From IMG/VR virus record IMGVR_UViG_3300025401_000648: a stretch of DNA of 64,000 nucleotides. One strand, 5' to 3'. Source of the stretch: a virus. Its lineage: Duplodnaviria; Caudoviricetes. The notes under the pieces were generated by a model. The model saw nothing but the letters and a program-made list of their open reading frames with translations, was not told the origin of the DNA and did not search any database. A program made the translations under genes and the position numbers. Below, piece after piece: positions 29,231 through 41,400 of the stretch (position 1 is the stretch's first letter; each line of letters begins with the position of its first letter).

Positions 29231-31594
29231 ATGGCAGCATTATTAAGCGGTGGCACATTAAGATCGGGTAGTACAAGTACATTTATTACCCTTAAAGGCG
29301 CACAGCCTCAGTTGCCTGCCACCCCTACTACCAGCACTGGCTTTACACTTATAACTTATCTTAAACCACCAAGTGAATTAGATACTATCTATGCTAGTAG
29401 CTTAGGCAATATTGAATTTAACACTGGCACAATGTATGCGAATATTCCTAATATGAACATACAAATTATTGGTACAGGCACTGGCACTGTAATTGTTTCA
29501 GGTACTGTGGCCAATACTGGCACAAACAGCGGAGTACTTGTTGTACAAGGTGGTATTGGTATATCACAAGGTTTCTATACTGGGGCCGATGTCAACATCA
29601 ATGGACTAACCGTTGGACAAGGTTATAGTAATACACAGAGTGGCGGCGGCATTAACAATATATCTATTTTTGGTATAGCCACACCTTCATCTAATTCTTA
29701 TCCTAATGGACAGGATAATATAAACATTGGATACAGTAGTCTACAGGGAATCAGTTCAGCATATCAAAGTATTGCTATAGGTCGATATGCCGCTAGTTCA
29801 GGCACACAATTACAAAATACCATAGCTATTGGTGACAGTGCCTTAAAGAACATCGGCACTACACAAACACAATTTGCTGGTTTTATTACATCTGCCACAC
29901 AGGCCGTCCCAGTAGTATTGACTGTGGCCAATCATGAATTGACATCTGGTACACCAATTAATGTTGATTATGTTTTAGGTATGACTGAAGTCAACGGTAA
30001 TAATTATTATGCCAAAGTGTTGTCCTCTTCCACAGTGGCTTTATATCTAGACAATATTTTAGGTACTCCGCTTGATGGACGAAACTTCAGTACATATACT
30101 AGTGGCGGCACATTATCTATTGATTTGGTATGGAATAATAATTTTGCGATTGGAACAAGTGCTGGTGTTAATCTTACCAACGGAACGGAAAACTTTTTCT
30201 TAGGTTATAACATTGCCAAAAACTTTACCACTGGCAGTTACAACTTCTTCTTAGGACATGATATTGCCCAAAACATGAAGAGTGGCAATAGTAATATATC
30301 AATTGGCGGTGATAACCTAGTTGATGGATTAAACAACCAAGTTAACATTGGATCAGTATTTTACTATAATGGTGCTGGATATCTACAACTTAACGCAGAT
30401 ACTGGTGTTGGATTGGGCGAATCTGCTACAAATACTCCAATAACAGCCACAATTAGTGCGATTTCTACAGGTACACAAACTGTTATTACCACAGTAGCGC
30501 CTCACGGTATTGTTACTGATCAGTATATTACAATTACAGGTGTAAATGGAACCACACAGTTAAACAATCAATCGTTTTATGTGCGTGTGACTGCTACAAA
30601 TTCTTTGTTATTGTTTACTGATGTGGATTTACAGGTGCCATTGAACAGTAGTAGTTATTCACATTATACCAACGGCGGTACTGTAACATTAAACAATATT
30701 GTTGGAGCACTGTCCGTACTGGGTGGTGTAGCAATTACTAAAAATTTATTAGTTGGCGGCCCAATCAATGTATTAAATTACACAGAGTCTAGCTCAATTA
30801 ACACAGGATCTTTGGTAGTCAACGGCGGTGTTGGTATTGCTGGAAACGTAAATATTGGCCGCGGATTAACAATAAACGGTCCAACTGATGTTAATATTTC
30901 ACCAGCAGGAGCAACTGTTTACCTAGAGCCCACAGTGGGCGGCAGTGTTCAGATCTATCCAAGTGTTACCACTGGTAATATTAATAATATGAATATTGGT
31001 AACGCTGTTCCAGCATGGGGCACATTTACCAATGTACGTATTACTTCAAATACTTCTGCTACAAGTTTAGGCACTGGCGCATTAATTGTAAACGGCGGTG
31101 CTAGTGTTAGCGGAGACTTCTGGTTAGGCGGAATCTTACACGCCAGTATCAGTGGCGGAGCAGGTCAAGCCAATAATATTGCTGGAGGTACCGCAGGCGC
31201 ATTAGTATATCAAGTGGCCAGCAGTTCTACTGGGTTTATCACCATTGGTCCAAGCAATTCTGTATTAATATCAAACGGCTCTAATCCTTTATGGTCAAAT
31301 ACACTTACTGTAACAACTCTTAATGTTGTTGGGACAGCCACATCAACCAGTACAACAACTGGTGCGGTTACTGTAGTAGGTGGCGTTGGAGTACAGGGGA
31401 ATATTTACAGTGCTGACGGTAATCCGCAACAAAATTATTTGTTGTATACACCAAAAGTCACCGTAACTGGTACTGGAATCCCACCAGCAAACCCAAATAT
31501 AGGAGATTTTTGGATTGATACCGTGGCCGGTGGACAGCTACAATACATTCAAGATGGAACCAGTACATTCTGGATCCAGATAACAACAATTTAA
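29231..31594 (+). CDS. Tail fibre/spike-like structural protein
   Basis: 787 aa. N..IG..AL-type repeats as in trimeric adhesin heads, two similar beta modules (V.TVANHELTSG / ITTVAPHGIVTD), G.L.V.GG.G repeats, C-terminal P.NPNIGDFWIDT motif. Confidence 0.7.
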   Translation: MAALLSGGTLRSGSTSTFITLKGAQPQLPATPTTSTGFTLITYLKPPSELDTIYASSLGNIEFNTGTMYANIPNMNIQIIGTGTGTVIVSGTVANTGTNSGVLVVQGGIGISQGFYTGADVNINGLTVGQGYSNTQSGGGINNISIFGIATPSSNSYPNGQDNINIGYSSLQGISSAYQSIAIGRYAASSGTQLQNTIAIGDSALKNIGTTQTQFAGFITSATQAVPVVLTVANHELTSGTPINVDYVLGMTEVNGNNYYAKVLSSSTVALYLDNILGTPLDGRNFSTYTSGGTLSIDLVWNNNFAIGTSAGVNLTNGTENFFLGYNIAKNFTTGSYNFFLGHDIAQNMKSGNSNISIGGDNLVDGLNNQVNIGSVFYYNGAGYLQLNADTGVGLGESATNTPITATISAISTGTQTVITTVAPHGIVTDQYITITGVNGTTQLNNQSFYVRVTATNSLLLFTDVDLQVPLNSSSYSHYTNGGTVTLNNIVGALSVLGGVAITKNLLVGGPINVLNYTESSSINTGSLVVNGGVGIAGNVNIGRGLTINGPTDVNISPAGATVYLEPTVGGSVQIYPSVTTGNINNMNIGNAVPAWGTFTNVRITSNTSATSLGTGALIVNGGASVSGDFWLGGILHASISGGAGQANNIAGGTAGALVYQVASSSTGFITIGPSNSVLISNGSNPLWSNTLTVTTLNVVGTATSTSTTTGAVTVVGGVGVQGNIYSADGNPQQNYLLYTPKVTVTGTGIPPANPNIGDFWIDTVAGGQLQYIQDGTSTFWIQITTI

Positions 31595-31604
31595 AGGCAA
31601 AGAC

Positions 31605-32450
31605 ATGACAACATTAGGTTTTCCAATTTATGCTTCCGGTACAAATGTCGGAGCAACCTATACCCTAAACGGGGTAACCTATACGTGGAATGGTTATGCT
31701 TGGTACAAAACCAACCAAGGTCCAATCAATGCTACCACAGTGACTGGCGGCACCATAGTTATTGGAACGGGCACACAGACTGTTATTATTAATAATGGAA
31801 ATATAACTATCAACGGAAGTAGCGTGTTAACAACAAGTTCGTTAATATCGGTATTTTCATCTGGCACAGACATTTCAATTGTCTATAACACTCTAACACA
31901 AAAAATTGTTGTTAGCGATACATCTACTTTCCAAACTGTTATTAATCGTGGCGCAACCACAACTAACATTGTAACATTTGCCAATACCACTAATTCTGTA
32001 AGTACTATATCAGGAGCCGTGGTGGTAACTGGCGGTGTAGGTATTGGTGGGGATGTCTATATGGCCGGTACCCTAAATGCGGAACATATCCAAATAGCTC
32101 ACGCTGTTTTTGATACATCGGCAACTATAGTCACAACAGCATTGCCTGCCTTGATTGATTCTTATCCTGTAACACAATTTAGAAGCGCAAAATATCTAGT
32201 CCAAATAGATGATACAAACAATAATAGTTACCAAGTAAGTGAACTATTGATGCTAGTGGCCAACACTGGCACAGGTTGGTATGGTACTAGCCTGCTTGAA
32301 TACGGTATTAATACCAATGGAGGTGAAATCGGACAATTTAGTAGCCAGGTAAATACTGCTACGAACCCGCCGACAGCTGAATTATATATAACCATGTACG
32401 GTCAATCATACAAAACTGTCCAGGTTCTAAGAACTGCGATTACACCTTAA
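31605..32450 (+). CDS. Fibre-associated structural protein
   Basis: 281 aa; its C-terminal domain (IDSY...FRSAKYLVQ...EYG) is shared with the next gene. Confidence 0.7.
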   Translation: MTTLGFPIYASGTNVGATYTLNGVTYTWNGYAWYKTNQGPINATTVTGGTIVIGTGTQTVIINNGNITINGSSVLTTSSLISVFSSGTDISIVYNTLTQKIVVSDTSTFQTVINRGATTTNIVTFANTTNSVSTISGAVVVTGGVGIGGDVYMAGTLNAEHIQIAHAVFDTSATIVTTALPALIDSYPVTQFRSAKYLVQIDDTNNNSYQVSELLMLVANTGTGWYGTSLLEYGINTNGGEIGQFSSQVNTATNPPTAELYITMYGQSYKTVQVLRTAITP

Positions 32451-32461
32451 CGGAAAATACT

Positions 32462-35362
32462 GTGGCAATAATTCCTGCTAGTCAAGACTTTATAATTAAG
32501 AACGGTTTAATTGTCTTAGGACAAAACCCTGTTACAGACTCACAAAATCAAATTGGAGCGTTGCAAGCCTATGGCGGCGCGGCAATTGCACAAAACTTAA
32601 TTGTAGGAACAACTGGTACATTTGGCGATGCATTATTTGTAACTACAACTGCCACGATTGGTTTAGATTTATCTGTAGGTGCTGGTGCAAACATTAGTCA
32701 AGGATTGATAGTAAGCGGCCCTGCATCTTTTGGTGGTACTGTTAGTGTACAAAATACTACAACACTACAAGATTTAACTGTACAAGGTGCATTAAATGTT
32801 GCAGGGGGTATTTCTCTAACTGGCGCACTAAATTTTAGTGGGACTAGTACGTTCTCGCAAAATCTTATTGTCGACAGTACTTTATCTAGTATTACAACAA
32901 TAACATCCAATGCCATATATGTAGCAGGTGGTATTGGCATTGAGAACAATTTAGTTGTAGGTGGGCCTGTTTTATTTAAAGACACTGTAACATTCAATGG
33001 TACTGCTACCAATGTACTGTCTTCAAACACTTACTATACTGATAACCTACTTGAACTTCATGTACCAAATGCGGGTGTATACACGCCGTGGGCGTTTGAT
33101 GACGGGAAAGACATTGGATTTAGGTTCCATTACTTTAACGGCACAGATACAAATGCCGCACTTGTGCTGGCCAATGATACAAAATATTTAGAATGGTATA
33201 ATACTGGTGCAGAAAGCACATTAAGTAATTTTACCAGTGCAACTTACGGCACATTTAAAACTGGTGCAATTAAACTTGTATCTGGAAAGCCAAGTTTAGG
33301 CAGTACTAATACTGGAGATTTAACTGTTGTTGGTGGCGTTGGCATATGGCGTGATTTAACTGTCGGATCAACTGCAACAATTTCTGGCCCACTAACTGTT
33401 AATAGTTCTGCAACAATAACAGGTAATTTAACAGTAAATGGTTCAATATTTGGTACAGTTACTACAGCTACATTTGCTAATTCTGCAAATACTGCAACAA
33501 ACTTGGCAGGTGGAGCCTACGGTAGTTTACCATATCAGAGTAATACTGGTACTACAGCATTTTTACCAATTGGTGCCAACGGTACTTTATTAACTGTTGT
33601 TGCGAATTCATTAACATGGGCAAGTGCTAGTGGATCCACTGTTGGATTTGCGTTAACTTCTACAAACTTATTAGCAGGTACCGCAGGTGCTGTGCCGTTC
33701 CAAGCATCGCCCGGTGTAACAGCATTTGATGGCGCTAACTTTTATTATACAAATTCTGGAACTACAACTGCTACGTTAAATGTAGAAAACTTATCTATAT
33801 TTGGTTCTACACCAGGCACATTTACCGGAACAGGCGCACTGTCTGTAACAGGCGGTGCCTATTTTGGCAAACAAGTTTATATCAACGGAACTAGTACAGG
33901 TGCGTTAACTGTTGTTGGAGCATCAAGTTTTGGTGGAACCGTTACCTTAACTGGCTCAATTAATGGAGTATCTACTGGCTTAGGTACATTAGTTTTAACA
34001 AACGGTGGTATATATGCACGCCAAGATTTGTATTCTGGCGGCACTGTTACTGGTGAAAATTTACAAGATAGAACACTGGGTGGTAATAATTTAGTTTATT
34101 CTGATGTTTCTGGATTCTTACAAAACGCACAGCCATACTATAACACATTAACAAACATTATTGTTGGTACAATTACACAAGCCAACAATTTAACCGGCGG
34201 CTCAACCGGAGCAATTCCTTTCCAAAGTACCTCATCATCAACAACATTTGATATCGGTAACTTGTATTATTCATCTAGTACATTGTTCACACCATCATTA
34301 AATGTAGCAACATCGGCTACAATTGGTGGAAACCTGTATGTTGATGGAACAATTTTTATTCAAGGCGTTGGCGTTGAAACAATTACCAGCACTACTGGAT
34401 CGTTTAGAGATGTAGTTTCTACTGGTACAATCTATGCAAATAATATCACTGCCACTGATGTTTTTGCAGTAATTGGTACATTTACTAATTTAACAATATC
34501 AAATACTTTAACATCTAATGATGTACAATCCACGACATTAGAAGTTAGCGGACAAACTACTTTAGGTAATACAACTGCTACCAACGTAACAGTTACCAAC
34601 TTAACTGTTACTGGGTTATCCACTATTGGATCCATTGGATTTACCAACGCTACTGCAAATAACTTAACTGTTACCAATGTATTGACTGTGGGTAGCTTGA
34701 TAACTGCAACTAATGCAGTGTTTACAGGTACTGTAAACATGTCAGGATTGACAGTTACAAACACAATCAACGGCAATTACATAATTGGCAATTACTTGCA
34801 GTCCAACGGCAGTGCATTAATTAACAATACATTATCTGTAGTGAATACTGCTACAGTTGGCAGTGTAATTTCTACCAGTACGCAAGATGCCATTTCTACA
34901 ACCACTGGCAGTATTGTAAGTTCTGGTGGAATTGCTATCGCAAAGAGCATATATGCCGGCGGCCCAATAACTGTTGGTACTACACTATCTGCCCCTGGAA
35001 ATGTAGTTCCTGCGTTATACAGCAATAATACCGTAGTAGCCAGTTATACAAGTAATACAATAAGCGGTTCAAGCCCTGTTAACTTGGATAGTTATAATGC
35101 AACTACATATAGAACAGCTAGATATACTGTTCAAGTAGTAGATCAAGTCAACGTCTCAACTACCAGCTGTCATATTACAGAATTAACTGTGTTCCACGAT
35201 GGTGTAAACGTCTATATAAACGAGTACGGTACTAGTACGAACAACGGGGAACTTGGCGGATTTGGTGCCAATTTAGTAAGCGGACAAGTTGTACTAACCT
35301 TTACGCCAGTCAGCGCAACGTCGATGACAATCAAAGTTGTTAGATTTGGTATAACAGCCTAA
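32462..35362 (+). CDS. Tail fibre-like structural protein
   Basis: 966 aa, GTG start, T/G/V-rich. N-terminal DFIIKNGLIV; C-terminal LDSY...YRTARYTVQ...EYG domain. Confidence 0.75.
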   Translation: MAIIPASQDFIIKNGLIVLGQNPVTDSQNQIGALQAYGGAAIAQNLIVGTTGTFGDALFVTTTATIGLDLSVGAGANISQGLIVSGPASFGGTVSVQNTTTLQDLTVQGALNVAGGISLTGALNFSGTSTFSQNLIVDSTLSSITTITSNAIYVAGGIGIENNLVVGGPVLFKDTVTFNGTATNVLSSNTYYTDNLLELHVPNAGVYTPWAFDDGKDIGFRFHYFNGTDTNAALVLANDTKYLEWYNTGAESTLSNFTSATYGTFKTGAIKLVSGKPSLGSTNTGDLTVVGGVGIWRDLTVGSTATISGPLTVNSSATITGNLTVNGSIFGTVTTATFANSANTATNLAGGAYGSLPYQSNTGTTAFLPIGANGTLLTVVANSLTWASASGSTVGFALTSTNLLAGTAGAVPFQASPGVTAFDGANFYYTNSGTTTATLNVENLSIFGSTPGTFTGTGALSVTGGAYFGKQVYINGTSTGALTVVGASSFGGTVTLTGSINGVSTGLGTLVLTNGGIYARQDLYSGGTVTGENLQDRTLGGNNLVYSDVSGFLQNAQPYYNTLTNIIVGTITQANNLTGGSTGAIPFQSTSSSTTFDIGNLYYSSSTLFTPSLNVATSATIGGNLYVDGTIFIQGVGVETITSTTGSFRDVVSTGTIYANNITATDVFAVIGTFTNLTISNTLTSNDVQSTTLEVSGQTTLGNTTATNVTVTNLTVTGLSTIGSIGFTNATANNLTVTNVLTVGSLITATNAVFTGTVNMSGLTVTNTINGNYIIGNYLQSNGSALINNTLSVVNTATVGSVISTSTQDAISTTTGSIVSSGGIAIAKSIYAGGPITVGTTLSAPGNVVPALYSNNTVVASYTSNTISGSSPVNLDSYNATTYRTARYTVQVVDQVNVSTTSCHITELTVFHDGVNVYINEYGTSTNNGELGGFGANLVSGQVVLTFTPVSATSMTIKVVRFGITA

Positions 35363-35367
35363 CCACA

Positions 35368-35420
35368 TTTTCCTTTTCACGCTAAATATAGCGTAACCAG
35401 CCGTTACGTGGAAAGGGAAA
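35368..35420 (+). promoter_or_regulatory. RBS-sequestering hairpin with a late promoter in its loop
   Basis: 35369-35381 pairs with 35407-35420 (13 bp, one bulge, one G-U), covering the GGAAAGGGAAA RBS; TAAATA at 35383-35388. Confidence 0.65.
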
Positions 35421-35423
35421 CTA

Positions 35424-38400
35424 ATGGCAACCATAGAAAATAATTTTAAGGTCAAAAATGGCCTTATCGTCAGTACCACAGCATCAATTTTAAGCACTGC
35501 TTCCAATGCCTTAACGGTCTCGGGCGGCGCAAATATAGGTGGGAATTTAGTTGTTCAAGGTTCAGTACAAGTAAATGGTACTGTAACTTCTATTGAAAGT
35601 ACCAGCGTTGACATCGGTACAAACGTAGTATATCTAAGTACACTATCCACTGTATCAGCATTACAAGCAATTGGATCAGGAATAGTAGTTGGTACAGATC
35701 CAAATAATACCACAAATACACAAACTTGGATAAGTTTAACCTTTGATGGATCCTCAAATTGGGCATCCAAGGGCGGAATTTATCCTAGCACAAATAATTT
35801 TTACGGATTAGGCTCAAATTCTAATGCCTGGTCTAGTCTTTATGTTCAAACCGTAGTAATTAAAGGGTTAACTACAACAACAAACGGGATAATGTACGTT
35901 GATGCCAGCGGAACATTACGTACAACCACTGCTACTTGGAACGCAGGAACTGGTCAAATTCAAGGTTCTATCACCACTGCTACAACTGCAACTTACGCAG
36001 GGAATTTACTGGGCGGTACTGTTGGTGCTGTTCCATATCAAAGTAATATTAATCAAACAACATTACTGCCAATTGGTATGGAAGGGCAAGTACTTGCTGT
36101 TAGCACCAGTACTGGATTACCATATTGGGCTTCTTTAGTTGGCGTTACAGTTAGTACAGCCACAAACTTTAGCGGTGGCGGTGTAGGAGCAATTCCTTTC
36201 CAGTTGGCATCTGGCCAAACAACATTTGATGATTTTTACTTTAGATATTCATATCCAGGTAGTACAGCATCTTTGTTAGTCACACAGAATATTACGGTAC
36301 AAAGTGGATCAAGTGCTACTAGTCAAGTAACGGGCGCACTACAAGTTACGGGTGGTGTAGGTGTCACAGGAGCAATATACGCAGGAAATATTTACAGCAA
36401 CGGTAGTGCTGTTCTAAGTAGTACAGGAACAAATACTGGCTATGTCAGTGCTGTTCTTGGCGGTGTAGATATTAGTGTTAGTACAACTACGGGTGTTGTA
36501 ACAGTCAGTGATACTAGCACTTTGCAAAGTGTTACTGGACGTGGAAATAGTACAACTAACGTTGTTAAAATTTTAAACACATCGGCAAGTTTTAGTACAC
36601 AATCTGGAGCATTAATTGTTACCGGCGGTGTTGGCATTGGTGGAACTGTTTATGCTGGAACAATGTACAGTAACGGCAACCAAGTTCTTACCAGCGGTGG
36701 TGGTGGAAGTGGCTATGTAAGTAGCGTAACTGCTGGTACAGATACAGCCGTGACTACCAGTACTGGTGCTGTGGTTGTGTATAGTACTGCAACATTGCAA
36801 AGTATTACTGGCAGAAGCAATACTACAACATTCCCTATCTATGCCGGACAATTATACGACAACAATAATAGAGTTGTTACAAACGTAAACCCAGTAAATG
36901 GCACAGCAATTAGTATCACTAACGTAACATCTACTGGTACAGCAACAACATTTACAATTAATAACTTAGGTGTAACAACTTTAACTACTGGTAGTACTGG
37001 TATTAGTGTTAGTACAAGCACTGGTTCTGTCTCAATTAGTAACACTGATACCTTACAATTAGTAACTAGTAGGGGTAACAGCACTAATCAACAAATTATC
37101 ATTACTAATACATTATCAAACACAAGTTCTGTTGCTAACAATGCGTTATACGTTGCTGGCGGAATTGGTGCTAATGGTGGATTTAACGTAAACGGAAACA
37201 GCGTATTAACTGGTAATTTGTATGTAACCGGCTTCATTACTGGTACTAATATCTCATTGAATACACTAGTTGCTACCAGTGGTACATTCTACGGAAATGC
37301 TATTGGTGCTAATGCGTTATATGCTGGGGTATTAAGCCCTTATGATCAGTTTAGTCAAACAATTTTCCAAGCCACTGCTAATTATAACGGTTACATGCAA
37401 ATTAGTGTTCAGAATGAAAATTCTGGAAACCAAGCAAGTACAGACATTGTAGCAAACGCTGATATTGGCACAGACAGTACTGGGTATATCGATATGGGTA
37501 TTACCAGCAGTTTATGGGACGGTACTCAATTATATAGCGTTGGAACTGCGGCGGGCAAAACAGACGGATACTTACTGGTTGGCCAAAATCCTACAGTTGG
37601 ACGTGGCAATCTAGTTTTAGCCACATCAACTACTGGCTCAAATATTAAATTTTTAGTAGCGGCGCCTAATACAGTAACAACACCAACCCCCGCGCAAGTA
37701 GCGATGGTCGTTAACTCCGTAGGTACCGCTAGCACAAGTACAAGTAACGGAACATTAGTTGTTTATGGCGGGGTTGGCATTGGCGGCACTGTTAACGTTG
37801 GCGGGAACATCTATGTCAATGGCAATGCTGTATTAACTGGCAGTGGAACTGGCACTTCCTATGTAACTAGTGTAAACGCAGGTACAGATACAGCAGTAAC
37901 TACAAGTACAGGAAATATAATTGTTTATAGTACTGCTACTTTACAAAGTTTAACCAACAGAAGTAACTCTACAACAAATGCAATCTATGCTAATGGGTTG
38001 TACGACACTAACGGTAGAGTTGTTACAAGCGTAACCCCGTCTGGTAGCACATACATTAGTGTTTCAAATGTAGTAACTACTGGCACAGCAACATCATTTA
38101 CAATTAACAATTTAGGTGTAACTAATCTTTCTGGAAGTTTGAATTTAGGAGCATCAAATAGTACTGGTTCTATTACATTAACTAACTTGGGTGTAACTGC
38201 TACCATAGCAGGAACAGCAATTAGTGTAAGTACAAATACAGGTTCAGTTACTATTACAAACTTGGGTGTGACTGCTACAATTGCAAGCACCTATATTGGC
38301 GTAAGCTCAAATACAGGTAGCGTAACTATTACTAACTTAGGTGTTCAAACACTGACAGCTGGTACAGATACTGTAGTAACATCAAATACTGGCACCGTAA

Positions 38401-41400
38401 CAGTTTACAACACAAGTACATTACAGAGTGTGACTAATCGTGGTGCAACTACTACTAACGCAATTAACATTACAAATGCTACACAAAGTACTAGCTCTAC
38501 CACAGGCGCATTGACTGTTACTGGTGGAGTGGGAGTACAGGGCAATATTTACGGTGGCTTAATTTACAGTAATGGGCAACAAGTATTAACATCTGGTGGT
38601 GGTGGCGGCACAGGATATGTCATTAGCATAGTTGCTGGTACTGATACAGCAGTTAGTACAAGTTCTGGTAATATTGTAATTTGGGACACAAGTACTTTTC
38701 AAAGTGTTACCGGTCGTGGAGCAACTACTACAAATATTGTTTATATTACTAATGCCACACAATCAAGCAGTTCACAAACAGGCGCTTTACAAGTAACTGG
38801 TGGGGTTGGGGTACAAGGTAATTTAAATGTTGGCGGAAGTATCACAGCGTCAACTATCACTGCTCAAACATTGATAGTTGCTTATACTACAGTAACACAA
38901 ACACTTGTTACCAGTCCAGATATATTCACAATCACCAATACTACAACATCTATTTCGTCAACAACAGGTGCTCTAGTAGTATCGGGTGGTGTTGGTGTTG
39001 GCGGTAACTTAAATGTATTTGGCACTATTACTAGAAATGGTATCACTGTTGGCTATGGTTATAGCGGAAGTTTTGGATACACGGGTAGTCAAGGATACAC
39101 TGGTAGCCAAGGTTACGCTGGCAGTGCCGGTTATAACGGAAGTGTTGGTTATTATGGATCTGTTGGATACACTGGAAGTCAGGGATACGCAGGTAGTCAA
39201 GGTTATGCCGGCAGCGCAGGATACACTGGTAGTGCTGGCTATAATGGTAGTGTAGGATATACTGGATCACAGGGCTATGCTGGATCAGCTGGATATAATG
39301 GAAGTGCTGGCTATAATGGTAGCGTAGGATATACTGGTAGTCAAGGATATGCTGGATCAGCTGGTTATAATGGAAGTGTTGGTTACACTGGTAGTACTGG
39401 GCCACAAGGACCACAGGGCTATACTGGATCAATGGGCTATTGGGGCAGTGTTGGCTACACAGGTAGTCTTGGATATTCTGGTAGTGTAGGGTACACTGGA
39501 TCACTTGGTCCACAAGGTCCACAGGGTTACAGTGGTTCAATGGGCTATTGGGGTAGTGTCGGATATACAGGTAGTGTAGGCGCACAGGGTCCACAGGGCT
39601 ATACTGGATCAATAGGACCACAAGGCCCACAGGGATATACAGGAAGTATTGGCCCGCAAGGACCGCAGGGATATACAGGAAGTATTGGCCCACAAGGACC
39701 GCAGGGATATACAGGAAGTATTGGCCCACAAGGACCGCAGGGATATACTGGTAGTATTGGCTATTCAGGTAGCGCGGGTTATTGGGGTAGTGTGGGTTAC
39801 ACAGGTAGCATTGGGTATGCCGGATCTGTTGGTTATTCAGGTAGTGTAGGCTATACCGGATCAATTGGTCCACAAGGACCACAAGGTTATACTGGTAGCA
39901 TTGGCTATTCAGGTAGTGCTGGACCAAGCAACATTATCAATGCTACAAGCACAGCTTCTGGCACCTTATATCCTGTGATGGTTGGCACAATTGGTAGCAA
40001 TCAAACCGCTTATGCTACAACAAACCTTTCATATAATGCCGCCACAAATAGCATTTATATTGCTGGTGATTTGTATATTGACGGACAACAAACTTACATT
40101 AATAAAACAAACTTAGCTACAGGCGATGCTACCTTAACATTTAGCACAAGTAGTGCTAGTGCGGCCACTGCGGCTAACAGCGGAATACAAGTTGGTACAA
40201 CAAGTACACCTTACGCATCATTCTTATACGATGGTAGTGCCAACTGGGTAGTTGGTGGCAGTGCGGCATCTGGATTAAAAGCTGCAAACATTACTGATAC
40301 AGGGTTGTCGGCCAACCAAGTTACTTATGCTGGCACAGGCGGCCTATTGAGCGGAAGTAATAATTTAACATGGAACGGGACCACACTAACAGTAACAGGA
40401 ACATTGAGTGTGGGCGGCACTGTGAGTCTTACACAGCCTACACCAATAAACTTTGCCAACGGTCAATACATAAAAGACAACGGCAGTGGTGGATTCGTTC
40501 AATATAGTGGTGCTGCATTTAATATCAATGCTGTTGGAGGCATCACAATGTCTCCAACATCCACCAGTTATGCTCAACAACAAGGGGCACTGCTCAGTGT
40601 AAATGGCGGTGCTTATGTTAACGGAACCACAACTTCTACAAATTTCTATTCTACAACTGGTGCTACAAACCCAGGTGCTAGTACAGCAGGTTTTGGTCAT
40701 GTTGCTAACGGCGCATACGGCGGTGGATATCTATTAGTTGACGGAACCTATAATTGGGGTATTTGGGACGTCACTGGTGTTTTAGAAATTGGTAATGGCA
40801 CATCAGGTGGTGCGCTAACACCAAGATTATATATCACGCCAACTGGTGGTATTGCATTCACTTCAACAACTGGTTATGGAACTGCTGGTCAGTACCTAAT
40901 GAGTAACGGCAATGCATCTCCTTCTTGGAACACAATCAGCGTGTCAACTGTTAACTTGACACAAACTTCCAGTGGCGCTACACCGCAATATATGGTATTT
41001 GCCAATACATCAACTGGTTCGGCAACACTAGAAGCTAACGGACCAACTGGATTAGTTTATATTCCTACTGGTAACAAGTTTGGTATTGGTACAAGTGCGC
41101 CTGCGGACACTGACAGTTACGGCGGCAATAATGTACTAGACGTCTACGGTCCCGTATACATGAGACAGAACGGCAGCGCTGGCAACCGTATGAGTATGGG
41201 TGTCAGCGGAGGTATTGCCTACGTTGACGTTACTACTGGTTTGGGTATGCAGACACAGATATCTGGTGGTACTGTGATGAATTTAGATACCAGCGGTAAT
41301 CTACAAATTAGTGCCAACTGGACAGCACCACAACAAGGCGCTAAACTCAGTGTTCAAGGTGGTGGTTATTTCAGTAGTATTGTTACTGCTACAACATTCG

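Noticed and set aside
39633-39740. 36-nt repeats as a CRISPR array
   Set aside because: The copies are directly tandem with no spacers, in frame within a collagen-like CDS, and no cas genes are visible.
39043-39927. 294-aa antisense ORF over the collagen tract
   Set aside because: By-product of the periodic sense-strand codons; Q/Y/H-rich with no RBS.
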